Origin: an uncultured Chloroflexia bacterium
GTDB lineage: Bacteria > Chloroflexota > Limnocylindria > Limnocylindrales > CSP1-4
Assembly: GCA_963833225.1 (NCBI GenBank)
Contig: CAWHXD010000007.1
Span: forward strand, 448,001 to 512,000
Length of the DNA: 64,000 nucleotides
Direction of reading: 5' to 3'
A program made the position numbers and the translations under genes. Positions within the stretch are counted from its first letter, which is position 1, and each line of letters opens with the position of its first letter. Below, one piece after another: positions 18,932 to 28,143 of this stretch. The notes beneath the pieces were generated by a model. The model was given only the letters and a program-made list of their open reading frames with translations. It ran no database searches and was not told where the DNA came from.

Positions 18932-19231
18932 ATGAGAAGGCGCTGGATCGCGCTCGCGTTCGTCGGCGCGCTGCTGGTGGCGTGGGTTCTCGTCGGCATG
19001 GTCAGGGCCGAGAGCGCCGCGAGGGCCTGGTTCGCCGGGGCGCACGGCCCGGGCGCGACTGTGGCGAACGTCGAGGTCACGGGCGTTGCGCCCGGGATCC
19101 CGCCGTTCTGGCAGGTAACGATCAGCGGTGACGTGATCGAAGCTGGGCGGACGACGGCTTCCTACCGGTCCTACATGAACGTGTGGATCGAGCCGATCAC
19201 AGGGTTCGGCTTCGCCAACGGATCCGGCTGA
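18932..19231 (+). CDS. Small secreted or membrane-anchored protein
   Basis: SD gagggg; MRRRWIALAFVGALLVAWVLVG signal/anchor. Confidence 0.7.
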   Translation: MRRRWIALAFVGALLVAWVLVGMVRAESAARAWFAGAHGPGATVANVEVTGVAPGIPPFWQVTISGDVIEAGRTTASYRSYMNVWIEPITGFGFANGSG

Positions 19232-19967
19232 CCTACAACCGCCCGAGCAGGTAGCCGAAGGCCGCGACTTCGGGCGGTGGCGCAGGCTTTCGCGCTGCTA
19301 CGAGGGCACGCCCGAGAGCGCCCGGACCTGGCTGAGTTCGCCTCGAACCCGGACCGATGGCCCCGCCTGGTCGCCGCGCTGCAGTTCGAGGAGGGGTTCG
19401 AGCAGGACCCGGTGCGGCAGTCGACGCGGGTGGGTGGTGGTGCCTGAGCGGGTGTCATTCCCGCACGCTGCTAAGCGCCGATGCCGCCATGCGGCTCGAG
19501 CGGCGTCATCAGAGCTTCAGCGACCCATTGAGCCTCCCGATCGCGTTCTTGATGGGGCGATGGCTACCGGCGAAGGGGGAGTCACTGCGACCGGCCTGTT
19601 TCCGCATCGGGCGATTCCTGCCAGCCAGTCACAGGACGACTGCTCGTCCCGACCCGGCGGCGTCGACGCCCAGGTCGGGGCCTATGTCGGCCTGTGCGGT
19701 TGACACGTAGTCGTCTGGTGGCTGACCGACAGCAGATCCGATGTCGCCGGGGACCAGGCCCGCGACGAACAGTCGTACTCTGACTCCCTGGCGGGACCGG
19801 TTCTGGCACCGCGCGTCCAGGGGGCCGCCGGGCGGCACTGGACACCGGCGGGCACCGTGGTTCCGCAGGGGGTGACCTTCACGCACGCTCGCGGACGCGA
19901 CCAAGATGTCCCGCGCCGCGAGACCCGCCCGCGCTAGCCTTGGGTGACCAGTGCAAGGAGACGCGCG

Positions 19968-20630
19968 TTGAACCTCCTTCTCACGTCCGCCGGCATCACG
20001 AACTCGAGCATTCGAGCCGCCCTGGAAGAGCTCTTGGGCAAACCCGTCGAGGTGTGCACCGCCCTGGTGATCTCCACCGCGTCCTATCCGCTCCGGCACG
20101 GCCCGCAGCTCGCGTGGAGCTTCATCGCCGGCGAGCAGCCCCAGACCCCGATGGCCGAGCTCGGCTGGAAGTCCGTCGGCGTCCTCGAGCTCACGGCGCT
20201 GCCCAGCATCGCGCGAACCGTCTGGCTCCCCGCGGTCGAGGAGGCCGACGTCCTGCTCGTGAACGGCGGCGACACGATCTACCTCGACCGCTGGATGCGC
20301 GAATCCGGGCTGGCGGAGCTCCTGCCTTCGCTCGATCTCGTGTACGTGGGACTCAGTGCCGGGAGCCTGGTCATGTCGCCATCCGTGGCGGATGACTTCG
20401 CTTCCTGGACCCGCCCTGTCGGGGGCGAAGGGCTGGGCGTCGTCGACTTCGAGATCTTCCCGCACCTCGACAACCCCGATCTGCCCGAGAACACCATGGC
20501 CGATGCGGAGCGGTGGGCGGCCAGCCTGACCGGGTCCGGCTACGCGATCGACGACGAGACCGCGATCAAGGTGGTCGATGGGGTCGCCGACGTGATCTCG
20601 GAGGGGCACTGGCGGCTGTTCGAGTCGTAG
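19968..20630 (+). CDS. Peptidase S51 / dipeptidase E-like (type 1 glutamine amidotransferase-like)
   Basis: LLLTSAGI, VNGGDTIYL, YVGLSAGS nucleophile motif, IFPHLD, YAIDDETAI; SD aaggag. Confidence 0.9.
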   Translation: MNLLLTSAGITNSSIRAALEELLGKPVEVCTALVISTASYPLRHGPQLAWSFIAGEQPQTPMAELGWKSVGVLELTALPSIARTVWLPAVEEADVLLVNGGDTIYLDRWMRESGLAELLPSLDLVYVGLSAGSLVMSPSVADDFASWTRPVGGEGLGVVDFEIFPHLDNPDLPENTMADAERWAASLTGSGYAIDDETAIKVVDGVADVISEGHWRLFES

Positions 20631-20824
20631 TGCCGGGCGCTCGCGATCGCCATCGCAGCACTCATCCTCGTGTCGTCCGCACCGCGGGCGATCGCTACGT
20701 CGGCTCCGCATCGCCTGGGCTGCTGGTCGTGGCTGGTCTCTCGGGCTTCGATGCGCCATCATCCCGTTGACGCCTATCCTTCAAGCAAACGGAACCAGTC
20801 CGCTGTTTGGTAGGGGCGAGAGCG

Positions 20825-21271
20825 ATGTTCCTGAACCCGGTCAACTACTTGTGGCGCGACCTCGGCCGGGCCAGCGGGCGCCAAGTGGTGCTGCTCGTGA
20901 TCGGACCCCTCGCGCTCATGGTGCTCCTGGTGGTCCCAACGGTGCTCAGCGCCCCCCCGGTTGCCACCCACGTCGAGCTGTCGGGCACTGGCACCCGCAC
21001 CGGCCCGGAGGAACACCTCGGCGGCAGCTACCAGCTGACCTTCTCGATCACCGGAACGGCTGGCTGCACATACCAGCTGGGAATCGGCGGGACGGGCAGC
21101 GGGTGGGGGCTCGGGGAGTACTCCTTCCCGAGCGGCTCCACGCAGAGTCGGGAGCAGGTGTGGAGGGAGAACGTCCCGGACCTCACGGACGGCCGGTACG
21201 CGATCAGCACCGTGGCGACCGGTTGCGGCCCGTGGACGGTGACCCTCGACCGCACGCCCGCCGCCGGGTGA
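20825..21271 (+). CDS. Hypothetical exported beta-rich protein
   Basis: N-terminal TM segment followed by a Gly/Thr-rich beta-strand-like domain with a Cys pair. Confidence 0.65.
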   Translation: MFLNPVNYLWRDLGRASGRQVVLLVIGPLALMVLLVVPTVLSAPPVATHVELSGTGTRTGPEEHLGGSYQLTFSITGTAGCTYQLGIGGTGSGWGLGEYSFPSGSTQSREQVWRENVPDLTDGRYAISTVATGCGPWTVTLDRTPAAG

Positions 21272-21436
21272 CATTGGCGCGCGCTCGCCGACCCGACGGG
21301 GGATAGCTCGACCGAAGCCCGAGCCCGCCTGACTGCCCGCGCGCGGCCGCCCCTGCTCAGTCGAGCGCGCGGATCTGCGGCATGCCTAGGCTACGCGCGC
21401 TTGCCCCCTCCGTCGCGCCGGTTCAGCGGCGCGAGG

Positions 21437-22933
21437 CTACGGGATCACGACCAGGGCATCGACATCGATCCGCCCGTCCCCAAGCGGCCGGATGACCAGT
21501 CGGTGCGGCCCGCCGTCGTCGAGGTGCGCCTGGAACACCAGGTGTCGGAAGCGCTTCTTGCTGCCCTTGAGGCTGATGGTCGCGACGTGCGTTCCATCGA
21601 TCCAGACCTGCGCTCGGCCTGCATGGGCGCCTCGCGTGCCGACCCATCCGACATCGTGGCCCGTGAAGGCCACGACCACCCGGCTCGATGCCGATGTGGT
21701 TCGACGCGACCGGCCACCGGAGAGCCGGCTGTCGGAGGCGCGCCACCAGGTGCCGTGCCAGGTGAGATGGTGGTTGCCCTCCTGCCAGCGATGGGGCCGG
21801 AACGCCGGCCACGCAGCGTAGGCGCTCGTGTTGCCACCCGCGTCTGTCGCGAGGACGCGATAGCGGTAGGTCCGGCCGACCTTGACCGTCCGGGTCAGGG
21901 CGGTGGTCGTGGAGCCTGGCAGCGAGACCGCGTGATACGAGCCGCCGTCGACCCGCTCCTCAAGGCGATAGCTCGCCACCCCGGTCCCCGCGTCGCTGGC
22001 CGACCAGGACAGACGCACCCTGACGGTCGAGGTCCCGATCTTCTGGGTGGCGGGCAGCGTGCGTCCGAGCGCGCCGATCACCGGCGCCTGGTCATCGGCG
22101 GTGACGACGATATGGAACGAGACCGGGTCGCTGGTGTCGTCGGGCGGGACGAACTCGGAGTGGGGCAGGCCGTAGTCCTCCAGTCCGCCGTCGTCGTGCG
22201 CCCGGACGGTGATGGTTGCGTCCCCAGCCTCGGATCCAGGGGTGAACGTGAGGACCCCGCCCGCGTCGATGACCGGCGGCATGCTGAACATGCCGGGCGA
22301 GGCGGCATCGTCGACCGACAGGATCTCAAAGCTCAGGGTCTGATCCGATTCGTTGTCGGGTCCCGGCGAGACATCGGTCGCCCAGGGCACCGAGACCGCC
22401 GGTCCATCGGCATAGCCGACGACGGTGTCGGATCCCGGCGTGAACGTCGGCGGGTCGTTCACGGGCGCGATCCACAGCCGATAGGTGGCGGTGTTCGACA
22501 GGTCGGTCCCGTCCGATGCGCGGTATGTGATCGAGTCCGAGGTCCAGGTGCCGCCCGGCGTGTCGCCCGCCGCGGTGCTGTAGTCCGGGTCTGGCTTGTA
22601 GGCGAGGAAGCCGTCGGCCAGCCATTCGACCTGCCCGTGGGCCGGGGTGTCGACCTCGGCCAGCGTCAGCGGGTCGCCGTCGGCGTCGGTGTCATTGGCC
22701 AGCGGCCCGCAGCTGCCGACGAGACCAAACCAACCCGGGAAGCCAGGATCAGTCCCGATCCAGTCCTCGGGGATCGGGAATGAGCCACCGAAGGCATCGC
22801 TGTTGCACAGCACCGGATCTGGATCGTCCGCGGCGACCGGCGGCGTGTTGCCTGCCGCGACGACGGGGGCCGTGGCCATCGCCCCGAGGAGGCCCACTGC
22901 CACCAGCGCTACCGGCCATCGCCGCATCCTCAT
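21437..22933 (-). CDS. Secreted protein with cadherin/Ig-like repeats, Fn3 and a C-terminal beta-sandwich
   Basis: Signal peptide; NTPPVAADD, LANDTDADGDPLT and PVNDPPTF repeats; WSASDAGTGVASY..YRYRVLATDAGGNTS (Fn3). Confidence 0.85.
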   Translation of the reverse strand: MRMRRWPVALVAVGLLGAMATAPVVAAGNTPPVAADDPDPVLCNSDAFGGSFPIPEDWIGTDPGFPGWFGLVGSCGPLANDTDADGDPLTLAEVDTPAHGQVEWLADGFLAYKPDPDYSTAAGDTPGGTWTSDSITYRASDGTDLSNTATYRLWIAPVNDPPTFTPGSDTVVGYADGPAVSVPWATDVSPGPDNESDQTLSFEILSVDDAASPGMFSMPPVIDAGGVLTFTPGSEAGDATITVRAHDDGGLEDYGLPHSEFVPPDDTSDPVSFHIVVTADDQAPVIGALGRTLPATQKIGTSTVRVRLSWSASDAGTGVASYRLEERVDGGSYHAVSLPGSTTTALTRTVKVGRTYRYRVLATDAGGNTSAYAAWPAFRPHRWQEGNHHLTWHGTWWRASDSRLSGGRSRRTTSASSRVVVAFTGHDVGWVGTRGAHAGRAQVWIDGTHVATISLKGSKKRFRHLVFQAHLDDGGPHRLVIRPLGDGRIDVDALVVIP

Positions 22934-23066
22934 CCGTCCGACCCAGGAGCTCCGGTCAATCGACCAGGTTCCAAGCGTGCCCGATCGTCGCGCACCGAGC
23001 CGTAGGCCGCTGGTCCTGATGTGGCAGCCTCAACAGGGCCTCGCAGGACGCGCTGGCTCCCGAGCC

Positions 23067-23729
23067 TCAGGGTGCCCAGGGGTGCATCGTGATGTCGCCG
23101 GCCGAGCCCGGGTCGCCATTGCACGGCGGGACGCCTGAGGTGTCGGTCGGCGAGACGGGCACCGCCACCACCCGGTCGGTGCCGTCGTTGAACACGAAGG
23201 CGACGGTGACCGGTGCGGTCGGCGCCGGCCCGCAGTAGTTGGCGGCGCTGACCACCGTCTTGAGGACCGTGCCCGGGTCGACCGTCAGCAGCGTCGAATC
23301 GCCGGGTGCCTCCCCGTTGATGATGACCGCGCCATGACCGTCGATGAGCTGCGGCCGGGCCATGGCGGGAAGCGTGCACGCCGGACCGGTGTTGGTCAGC
23401 TCCACGTCCGCGAACCGGCTGCCGGCCGCCCCTTGCCAGCCCTCAAAGACCCCGGAGCTTGGCTCAAACGGCGTGACCCGCGCGGCGAGCTGCGCCGAGG
23501 TGCACACGGCGATCGTGGGCGCGACGCTCGGGGTGGCTGACGGCGAGGAGATCGATGAGGGGGAGGGCATGGTCGTCATGGATGGCGCCGGGGATGTCGC
23601 CGGTTCCGTCGTCGGTTCGGCCGTTGCCGCCGTCGTCGGCGCGGCCGTGCTCGCTCCGCAGGCGCCGAGGACCGCCGTGAGCACGATGGTGAGCATCATC
23701 GACTCGACTCGGCGGCGCACGGTGATCAC
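23067..23729 (-). CDS. DUF4232-like lipoprotein
   Basis: Lipobox LGAC, Pro/Thr linker, CTSAQL..GAAGS..LTNTGPACTL. Confidence 0.8.
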   Translation of the reverse strand: MITVRRRVESMMLTIVLTAVLGACGASTAAPTTAATAEPTTEPATSPAPSMTTMPSPSSISSPSATPSVAPTIAVCTSAQLAARVTPFEPSSGVFEGWQGAAGSRFADVELTNTGPACTLPAMARPQLIDGHGAVIINGEAPGDSTLLTVDPGTVLKTVVSAANYCGPAPTAPVTVAFVFNDGTDRVVAVPVSPTDTSGVPPCNGDPGSAGDITMHPWAP

Positions 23730-23833
23730 CTCTTCTTGAACGGCCCACGGCCTCTGTCCATTGCCAGGCCCTGCCGCAGAGCCTACGGCGTTGTCCCGGA
23801 CTGCGCTGTCAACGGGCCGGGTGTGCGCCGCTG

Positions 23834-23875
23834 GTCCGCTCGCACGCGAGGCGTTCGTCCGCTGGCACGCGAGGC
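23834..23875. repeat. 19-bp tandem repeat (1 mismatch, period 23) between divergent genes
   Basis: gtccgctcgcacgcgaggc and gtccgctggcacgcgaggc. Confidence 0.75.
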
Positions 23876-23877
23876 AA

Positions 23878-23922
23878 TGTAAAGGAGGCTTGACACACCC
23901 GCGATGTCAAGCTACCTTGACA
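23878..23922 (+). promoter_or_regulatory. Sigma70 promoter overlapped by two palindromic operators
   Basis: TTGACA (23890-95), 17 nt, TACCTT (23913-18); palindromes tgtaaagGAGGcttgaca and tgtcaagCTACcttgaca upstream of the XRE gene. Confidence 0.85.
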
Positions 23923-23925
23923 CCG

Positions 23926-24129
23926 ATGCGGAACGAGGTGCGGGAGCTACGGACGGATCGAGGTCTCCGCCAGGAGGACCTGGCGAAGGCATTGAAGGTG
24001 TCGCGCCAGACCGTCAACGCCATCGAGACGGGGCGCTACCTGCCGTCCCTGCCGCTTGCGTTCGCCCTGGCGCGCTACTTCGGCAAGCGGGTGGAGGAGC
24101 TGTTCCATGGAGACGACGATGCGCGCTAG
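23926..24129 (+). CDS. XRE-family HTH transcriptional regulator
   Basis: MRNEVRELR..GLRQEDLAKALKVSRQTVNAIETGRYLPSLPLAF. Confidence 0.95.
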   Translation: MRNEVRELRTDRGLRQEDLAKALKVSRQTVNAIETGRYLPSLPLAFALARYFGKRVEELFHGDDDAR

Positions 24130-24496
24130 GTGGGGGATGCCGGCCTTCGGGCTCCTGATCGGAGTGCTGCTCCTTGCGGCGTCGGCGATCGGAGGCCAGC
24201 CATGGCTGGGGCTCGGGATGCTTGCCGTCATGACCGTCTACAGCGCCGTGCTCGTCCTGTTCGGCGATCGAAGCGAGACGATCGGGGTGCTCGGCGGTCG
24301 GCCGGTGGACGAGCGGCTCGCATCCTTCAACATCACCGCCACGGCGATCGCCGGAACGGTCGCGATCGTGGTCGCGCTCGCCGGCTTCCTGTGGGCGATC
24401 GCCCGCTCCGAGAGCGGCACCGAGTTTGCGGTCGTGGCCGCCGCCGGTGGGATCGCCTACCTGGTCGCGATCATCTGGCTGCGCTGGCGGGGCTGA
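24107..24496 (+). CDS. Membrane protein (DUF2178-like) coupled to the XRE regulator
   Basis: 4 TM with a central DER motif; overlaps the XRE gene end. Confidence 0.8.
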   Translation: METTMRARWGMPAFGLLIGVLLLAASAIGGQPWLGLGMLAVMTVYSAVLVLFGDRSETIGVLGGRPVDERLASFNITATAIAGTVAIVVALAGFLWAIARSESGTEFAVVAAAGGIAYLVAIIWLRWRG

Positions 24497-24630
24497 TCCG
24501 GGCGGCCTGGCCTCACGGTGCGGACGGTGGTGGTCGAGTCCGCAGCTGCCGTGGTGCCGTGCAGCCTGGGGACAGCGGCGAATTCGAGATAGCGTCGTGA
24601 GGGAGGCTGCCGACGGGGTGATACCGTCAG

Positions 24631-24924
24631 GTGGTGACTCGGAGACACCAGCGCTTCGCCCTCTTCGACGTGACCTTCGCCGGGGTCTCGTTGCCGGGCG
24701 CCACGATGGACTGCTGGCAGGACGATGGTGGCCAGCCCCAGTGGCTGGCGCGCGTGCTCACTCGCCTGTGTCCGGCGGTGGAGGACGGCGAGCTGTTCGG
24801 CCGCACCGCCGACGGCCGGACGCTGTCTGGACACGCGGTGGTTGCCGATCAGCAGGTTGGCCCCGGCAGTCGACGGGAGACGCTCGTCGTGTTCCACGGC
24901 TCGGGGCCCCTGCACGGCGTCTGA
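24631..24924 (+). CDS. Hypothetical protein
   Basis: 97-aa ORF with GC3-biased codons ending FHGSGPLHGV. Confidence 0.55.
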   Translation: MVTRRHQRFALFDVTFAGVSLPGATMDCWQDDGGQPQWLARVLTRLCPAVEDGELFGRTADGRTLSGHAVVADQQVGPGSRRETLVVFHGSGPLHGV

Positions 24925-25025
24925 TCCTGGTGCGCGTCGGAGCCAGCGGCACCCGATGCGGCCGTGCGCACGCCTAGACCCAGGCTCGAGCATGCCGGGG
25001 CCGCCGCCATGACGAGGAGAACGCG

Positions 25026-25169
25026 ATGGCCAGGAAGAAGAACAAGCAGGCGCAGAAGGCCAAGAAGGCCGCGAAGGACGAGCAGGCCCTGAAGGTCAGG
25101 AAGGCCGAGAAGGCCGAGAAGGCAAGAAGCAAGAAGGCCGAGAAGGCCGAGAAGGCCGAGAAGGCTTAG
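25026..25169 (+). CDS. 47-aa Lys/Ala-rich basic microprotein with KAE repeats
   Basis: SD gaggag 25014-25019; MARKKNKQAQKAKKAAKDEQALKVRKAEKAEKARSKKAEKAEKAEKA*; below the ORF-track cutoff. Confidence 0.7.
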   Translation: MARKKNKQAQKAKKAAKDEQALKVRKAEKAEKARSKKAEKAEKAEKA

Positions 25170-25323
25170 GGGCCGGGGGCCGGGCTTCTCGATCCACTGG
25201 TCCACGGCTGGCTGATTGCCTGCTGGTTCAGGATCGCCTCCCGCACGCCCGGCTGGGACCTCGAATCTCGGGCTTCGGGTCCCGGGCTGTGCGTGGAAGG
25301 GCCAATCCTGATGCAGATGGCGA

Positions 25324-25803
25324 TCAGGGCCGGCCGATGCCTCCCATCGCCTGGGTGCCCGATGCGTCGTTGGCCAGTCGCTCGCGGATCCGTCGCGCCA
25401 GATCCGCAGCCGTTCCTGGATCGACGCGCGGCCCTGCCTCGTCGCTGGCATGCCACGGCACGTCGGCCGGCGTGTCCTGGTGGCGGCAGATGAGGTGCTC
25501 GTGGAAATGGGCGACGCCTGTTCCGATGACGGCGGCAAACACGAACTCCGGGCTGACCTCAGTGCGCAGCGCCCGTGCCAGCCGCGTGCGAAGCGGACCG
25601 AGCGCGGCGGCCTCCTCATCGGTCAGGTCGGCGAGATACGGGCAATGGCGGTCGCTGTCGATGATGAGGTGACCGAGCGAGGTGGTTCCGTCCTCATCGG
25701 GCGGGGCGTGCCACACCCAGAACCCGTCGAGGCGGCTGATCAGCTCACCTCCGAGCGGTCCCTCGCCGCGGTGCCTGGCGCAGATCAGGCAGTCATTCGG
25801 CAC
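25324..25803 (-). CDS. HIT family hydrolase
   Basis: N-terminal CLIC, GHLII..RH, and a histidine triad VAHFHEH. Confidence 0.85.
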   Translation of the reverse strand: MPNDCLICARHRGEGPLGGELISRLDGFWVWHAPPDEDGTTSLGHLIIDSDRHCPYLADLTDEEAAALGPLRTRLARALRTEVSPEFVFAAVIGTGVAHFHEHLICRHQDTPADVPWHASDEAGPRVDPGTAADLARRIRERLANDASGTQAMGGIGRP

Positions 25804-25867
25804 GCGCACGGCTCCCAGGCAGGTCGACCCATCGTCCGCCACCCTACGCCGCTCGCGATGTCCGCGC

Positions 25868-26694
25868 TCATGGGCTGACGACCACGGTGCAGGCCGAGCC
25901 GCGGAACGTGACGTCCACCATCACCGCATTGGCGTCGGCCGGGACGACGAGGTGCCATGTGCAGGCGACCGAGACCCTGGGCTTGTTACCGAGGGAGCCA
26001 TCGCCGAGCGGCTCCGGCGTGGCGTCGTCGGGAAACGCCTCCACCTCGAAGACGAGGTCATGGTCGCCCGGTCCGATCCACTGCGGCAGGCCCTCGCCGA
26101 GCGTGAGTGGCGTGGGGTCGCCGCTGATCGGCGTTCTCGAAGCTCCGGTGGTGCTGGAGCTCGGCGCGGCTCGTCCCGGACGACGGTGACGTGAGGCTCA
26201 CCCGGTAGCCGCAGCCCGAAGGCGGCGGGATGCACGGCTCATACGCGGTGCCGGTCACGGTCAGCTTCGCCGTGGGCTCGGACGAGACCGGCTCCGGCGG
26301 GATCGCGAGGCCGAGGGCAACGGGACCGCAGGCGACGAACACGCCGTCGTCAGCGGGAACGCCGCCACCCATCGACACGAGATCACCCTCTCGGGCGACG
26401 GTGATGAACACGCGGGTCAGGGTGAGGGTGCCGTCCTCCTCGCCCACGCCGTAGCCGAATGGCCACGGCGACCTTCGAGACTCCGCCCTCGGGGATCGCA
26501 CGGACGGCGAGCGCGCCGTCCTGCTCCACCAGCTCGCCCTGGAGGAGCGCGGTCGGGCAGCTGCCCGTCGTGGTGCCCGCGAGGAGCGCGAAGCCGAGAT
26601 AGAGCGCCCCCACGGTTGCGGCGAGGGCGGTCAACGCGGCGACGATCCAGCGCACGTGCGAGGCCTCGTGGCGGTGTGGGTCGGACGGTGTCAT
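25868..26694 (-). CDS. Hypothetical exported protein (two apparent frameshifts near 26465 and 26125)
   Basis: TM segment plus CPTALLQGEL, WPFGY..VSMGGG and C-terminal ACTVVVSP* spread over three frames. Confidence 0.6.
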
Positions 26695-26759
26695 TGTGCG
26701 CTCCGAAGCGGCTCTTGGCACCGGGGGCGGGTCCGACAGATCGTGGGGGAGGTGCGCTG

Positions 26760-27194
26760 ATGCAGATCGCGATCGTCTTTGGGTTCCTGGCGCAGGTCTT
26801 CCTGCTTGCCTTCTTCGCGGCCTACCGGTGGCGGCCCGCCCTGGCACCGCCGCTCGGGCTGATCGTCTATGGGCTCGGCGTGCCGGCAGCCCTGTTCGCC
26901 GCCGTGGGGTTCATCCTCGGCCTCGAGTGGCCGGCGATTGCCGCGTTCGGCCTGTACGCGGTGTGGTCCGCGTTTGGCGCCTGGCTGGACGTCATCCGGC
27001 CCGTCTCGTGGCGCGTCCCGCCCCGCTGGTCGATCCTCGTTCCGTACGCGCTGCTGCTCACGGCGGCGCTGCTCGCCTTCTGGGTGCCGCTGTGGTACGT
27101 CGATCAGCGGCTGTGGGTCGCGTTCGGGATGCTCTACGCGGCCCACACGACGCTCAACCTGGCCACGCATCGAGGCCCACGGTCCGCCCGCTGA
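26760..27194 (+). CDS. Hypothetical membrane protein (about 5 TM)
   Basis: SD gggaggt; highly hydrophobic ORF. Confidence 0.75.
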   Translation: MQIAIVFGFLAQVFLLAFFAAYRWRPALAPPLGLIVYGLGVPAALFAAVGFILGLEWPAIAAFGLYAVWSAFGAWLDVIRPVSWRVPPRWSILVPYALLLTAALLAFWVPLWYVDQRLWVAFGMLYAAHTTLNLATHRGPRSAR

Positions 27195-27243
27195 GCGCGT
27201 CGTGGTGAGCCCGGAGCGCACCCCGCGGTGGTAGGGTCCGCGG

Positions 27244-27765
27244 ATGAGCAGACCGATCCTCTCCGACGCCTTCGGCCATCACGTCTGGGCAACGCTGCGC
27301 CTGATCGACGCCTGCACGGCCCTCACGGACGAGCAACTCGCCACCACCGTGCCCGGCACCTACGGCTCGATCCTCGGGACGCTGCGCCACCTCGTCGGCG
27401 CGGACTGCTCGTACCTCGAGCTGCTGTCGAACGGGAAGGTCACGGCGATCGACGAGGACGAGGAGGGGGTGCTGGATCTCATCGCCCTGCGGCTGGCGAT
27501 GGAGGCCAACGGGCCAGTGTGGGCACAGGTCGTCGCTGGCGACCTGGATCCCGATCTGGTGATCATCAGGCGGCATGACGATGGCTCCGAGAGCCACGCA
27601 CCGCTGGGGATCCGGCTCGCGCAGGTCATCCATCACGGGACGGACCACCGCAGCCAGGTGTGCACCGCGCTGACGAACCTGGGGATCACGCCGCCCGAGA
27701 TCGACGTGTGGGACTACGCGCAGGCTGGTGGGCGCCTGGTCGACGTGCCGGGGACGTCCGGCTGA
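27244..27765 (+). CDS. DinB family protein
   Basis: HHVWAT..YGSILGTLRHLVGAD..QVIHHGTDHRSQV. Confidence 0.92.
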   Translation: MSRPILSDAFGHHVWATLRLIDACTALTDEQLATTVPGTYGSILGTLRHLVGADCSYLELLSNGKVTAIDEDEEGVLDLIALRLAMEANGPVWAQVVAGDLDPDLVIIRRHDDGSESHAPLGIRLAQVIHHGTDHRSQVCTALTNLGITPPEIDVWDYAQAGGRLVDVPGTSG

Positions 27766-27772
27766 CCGCCGC

Positions 27773-28141
27773 ATGACGGCCACGCCCGCCACCGTCGACG
27801 AGTATCTCGCCGCGATCCCTGTCGACCGCCGCGCCCGCTTCGACTCTCTCCGCGCGACGATCCTGGCCGCCGCCCCCGACGCGGAGGAGGGGATCGCCTA
27901 TGACATGCCGGCGTACCGCCTCGGCGGCCGATTCATGTGCTCGATCGGCTGCTACGCACATCACGACAGCCTGTTTCCGGCGAGCCAGGTCATCATCGAC
28001 CGGCTGGGTGACGAGGTGTCGCCGTACGTGAGGGGCCGGGGCACCCTCCGGTTCCTCGCGAGCAAGCCGCTCCCCCTGGAGCTCATCGAGCGGATCGTCC
28101 GCATCCGGCACGAGGAGACGGCAGCAGCCGGCGGGGCCTGA
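27773..28141 (+). CDS. DUF1801 (YdhG-like) protein
   Basis: TVDEYLAAIP..LRATILAAAPDAEEGIAYDMPAY..GRGTLRF..PLPLELIERIV. Confidence 0.9.
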   Translation: MTATPATVDEYLAAIPVDRRARFDSLRATILAAAPDAEEGIAYDMPAYRLGGRFMCSIGCYAHHDSLFPASQVIIDRLGDEVSPYVRGRGTLRFLASKPLPLELIERIVRIRHEETAAAGGA

Positions 28142-28143
28142 GC

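Noticed and set aside
14791-21292. Classical integron or CALIN attC array
   Set aside because: No RYYYAAC..GTTRRRY core pairs were found at the junctions and no IntI integrase is in the window; kept only as a non-attC cassette hypothesis.
24514-24545. Additional junction-motif copy (cacggtgcggacgg followed by gtccgca)
   Set aside because: Only the 3' half matches and the GGTGACAT part is absent; it may be an ordinary hairpin.
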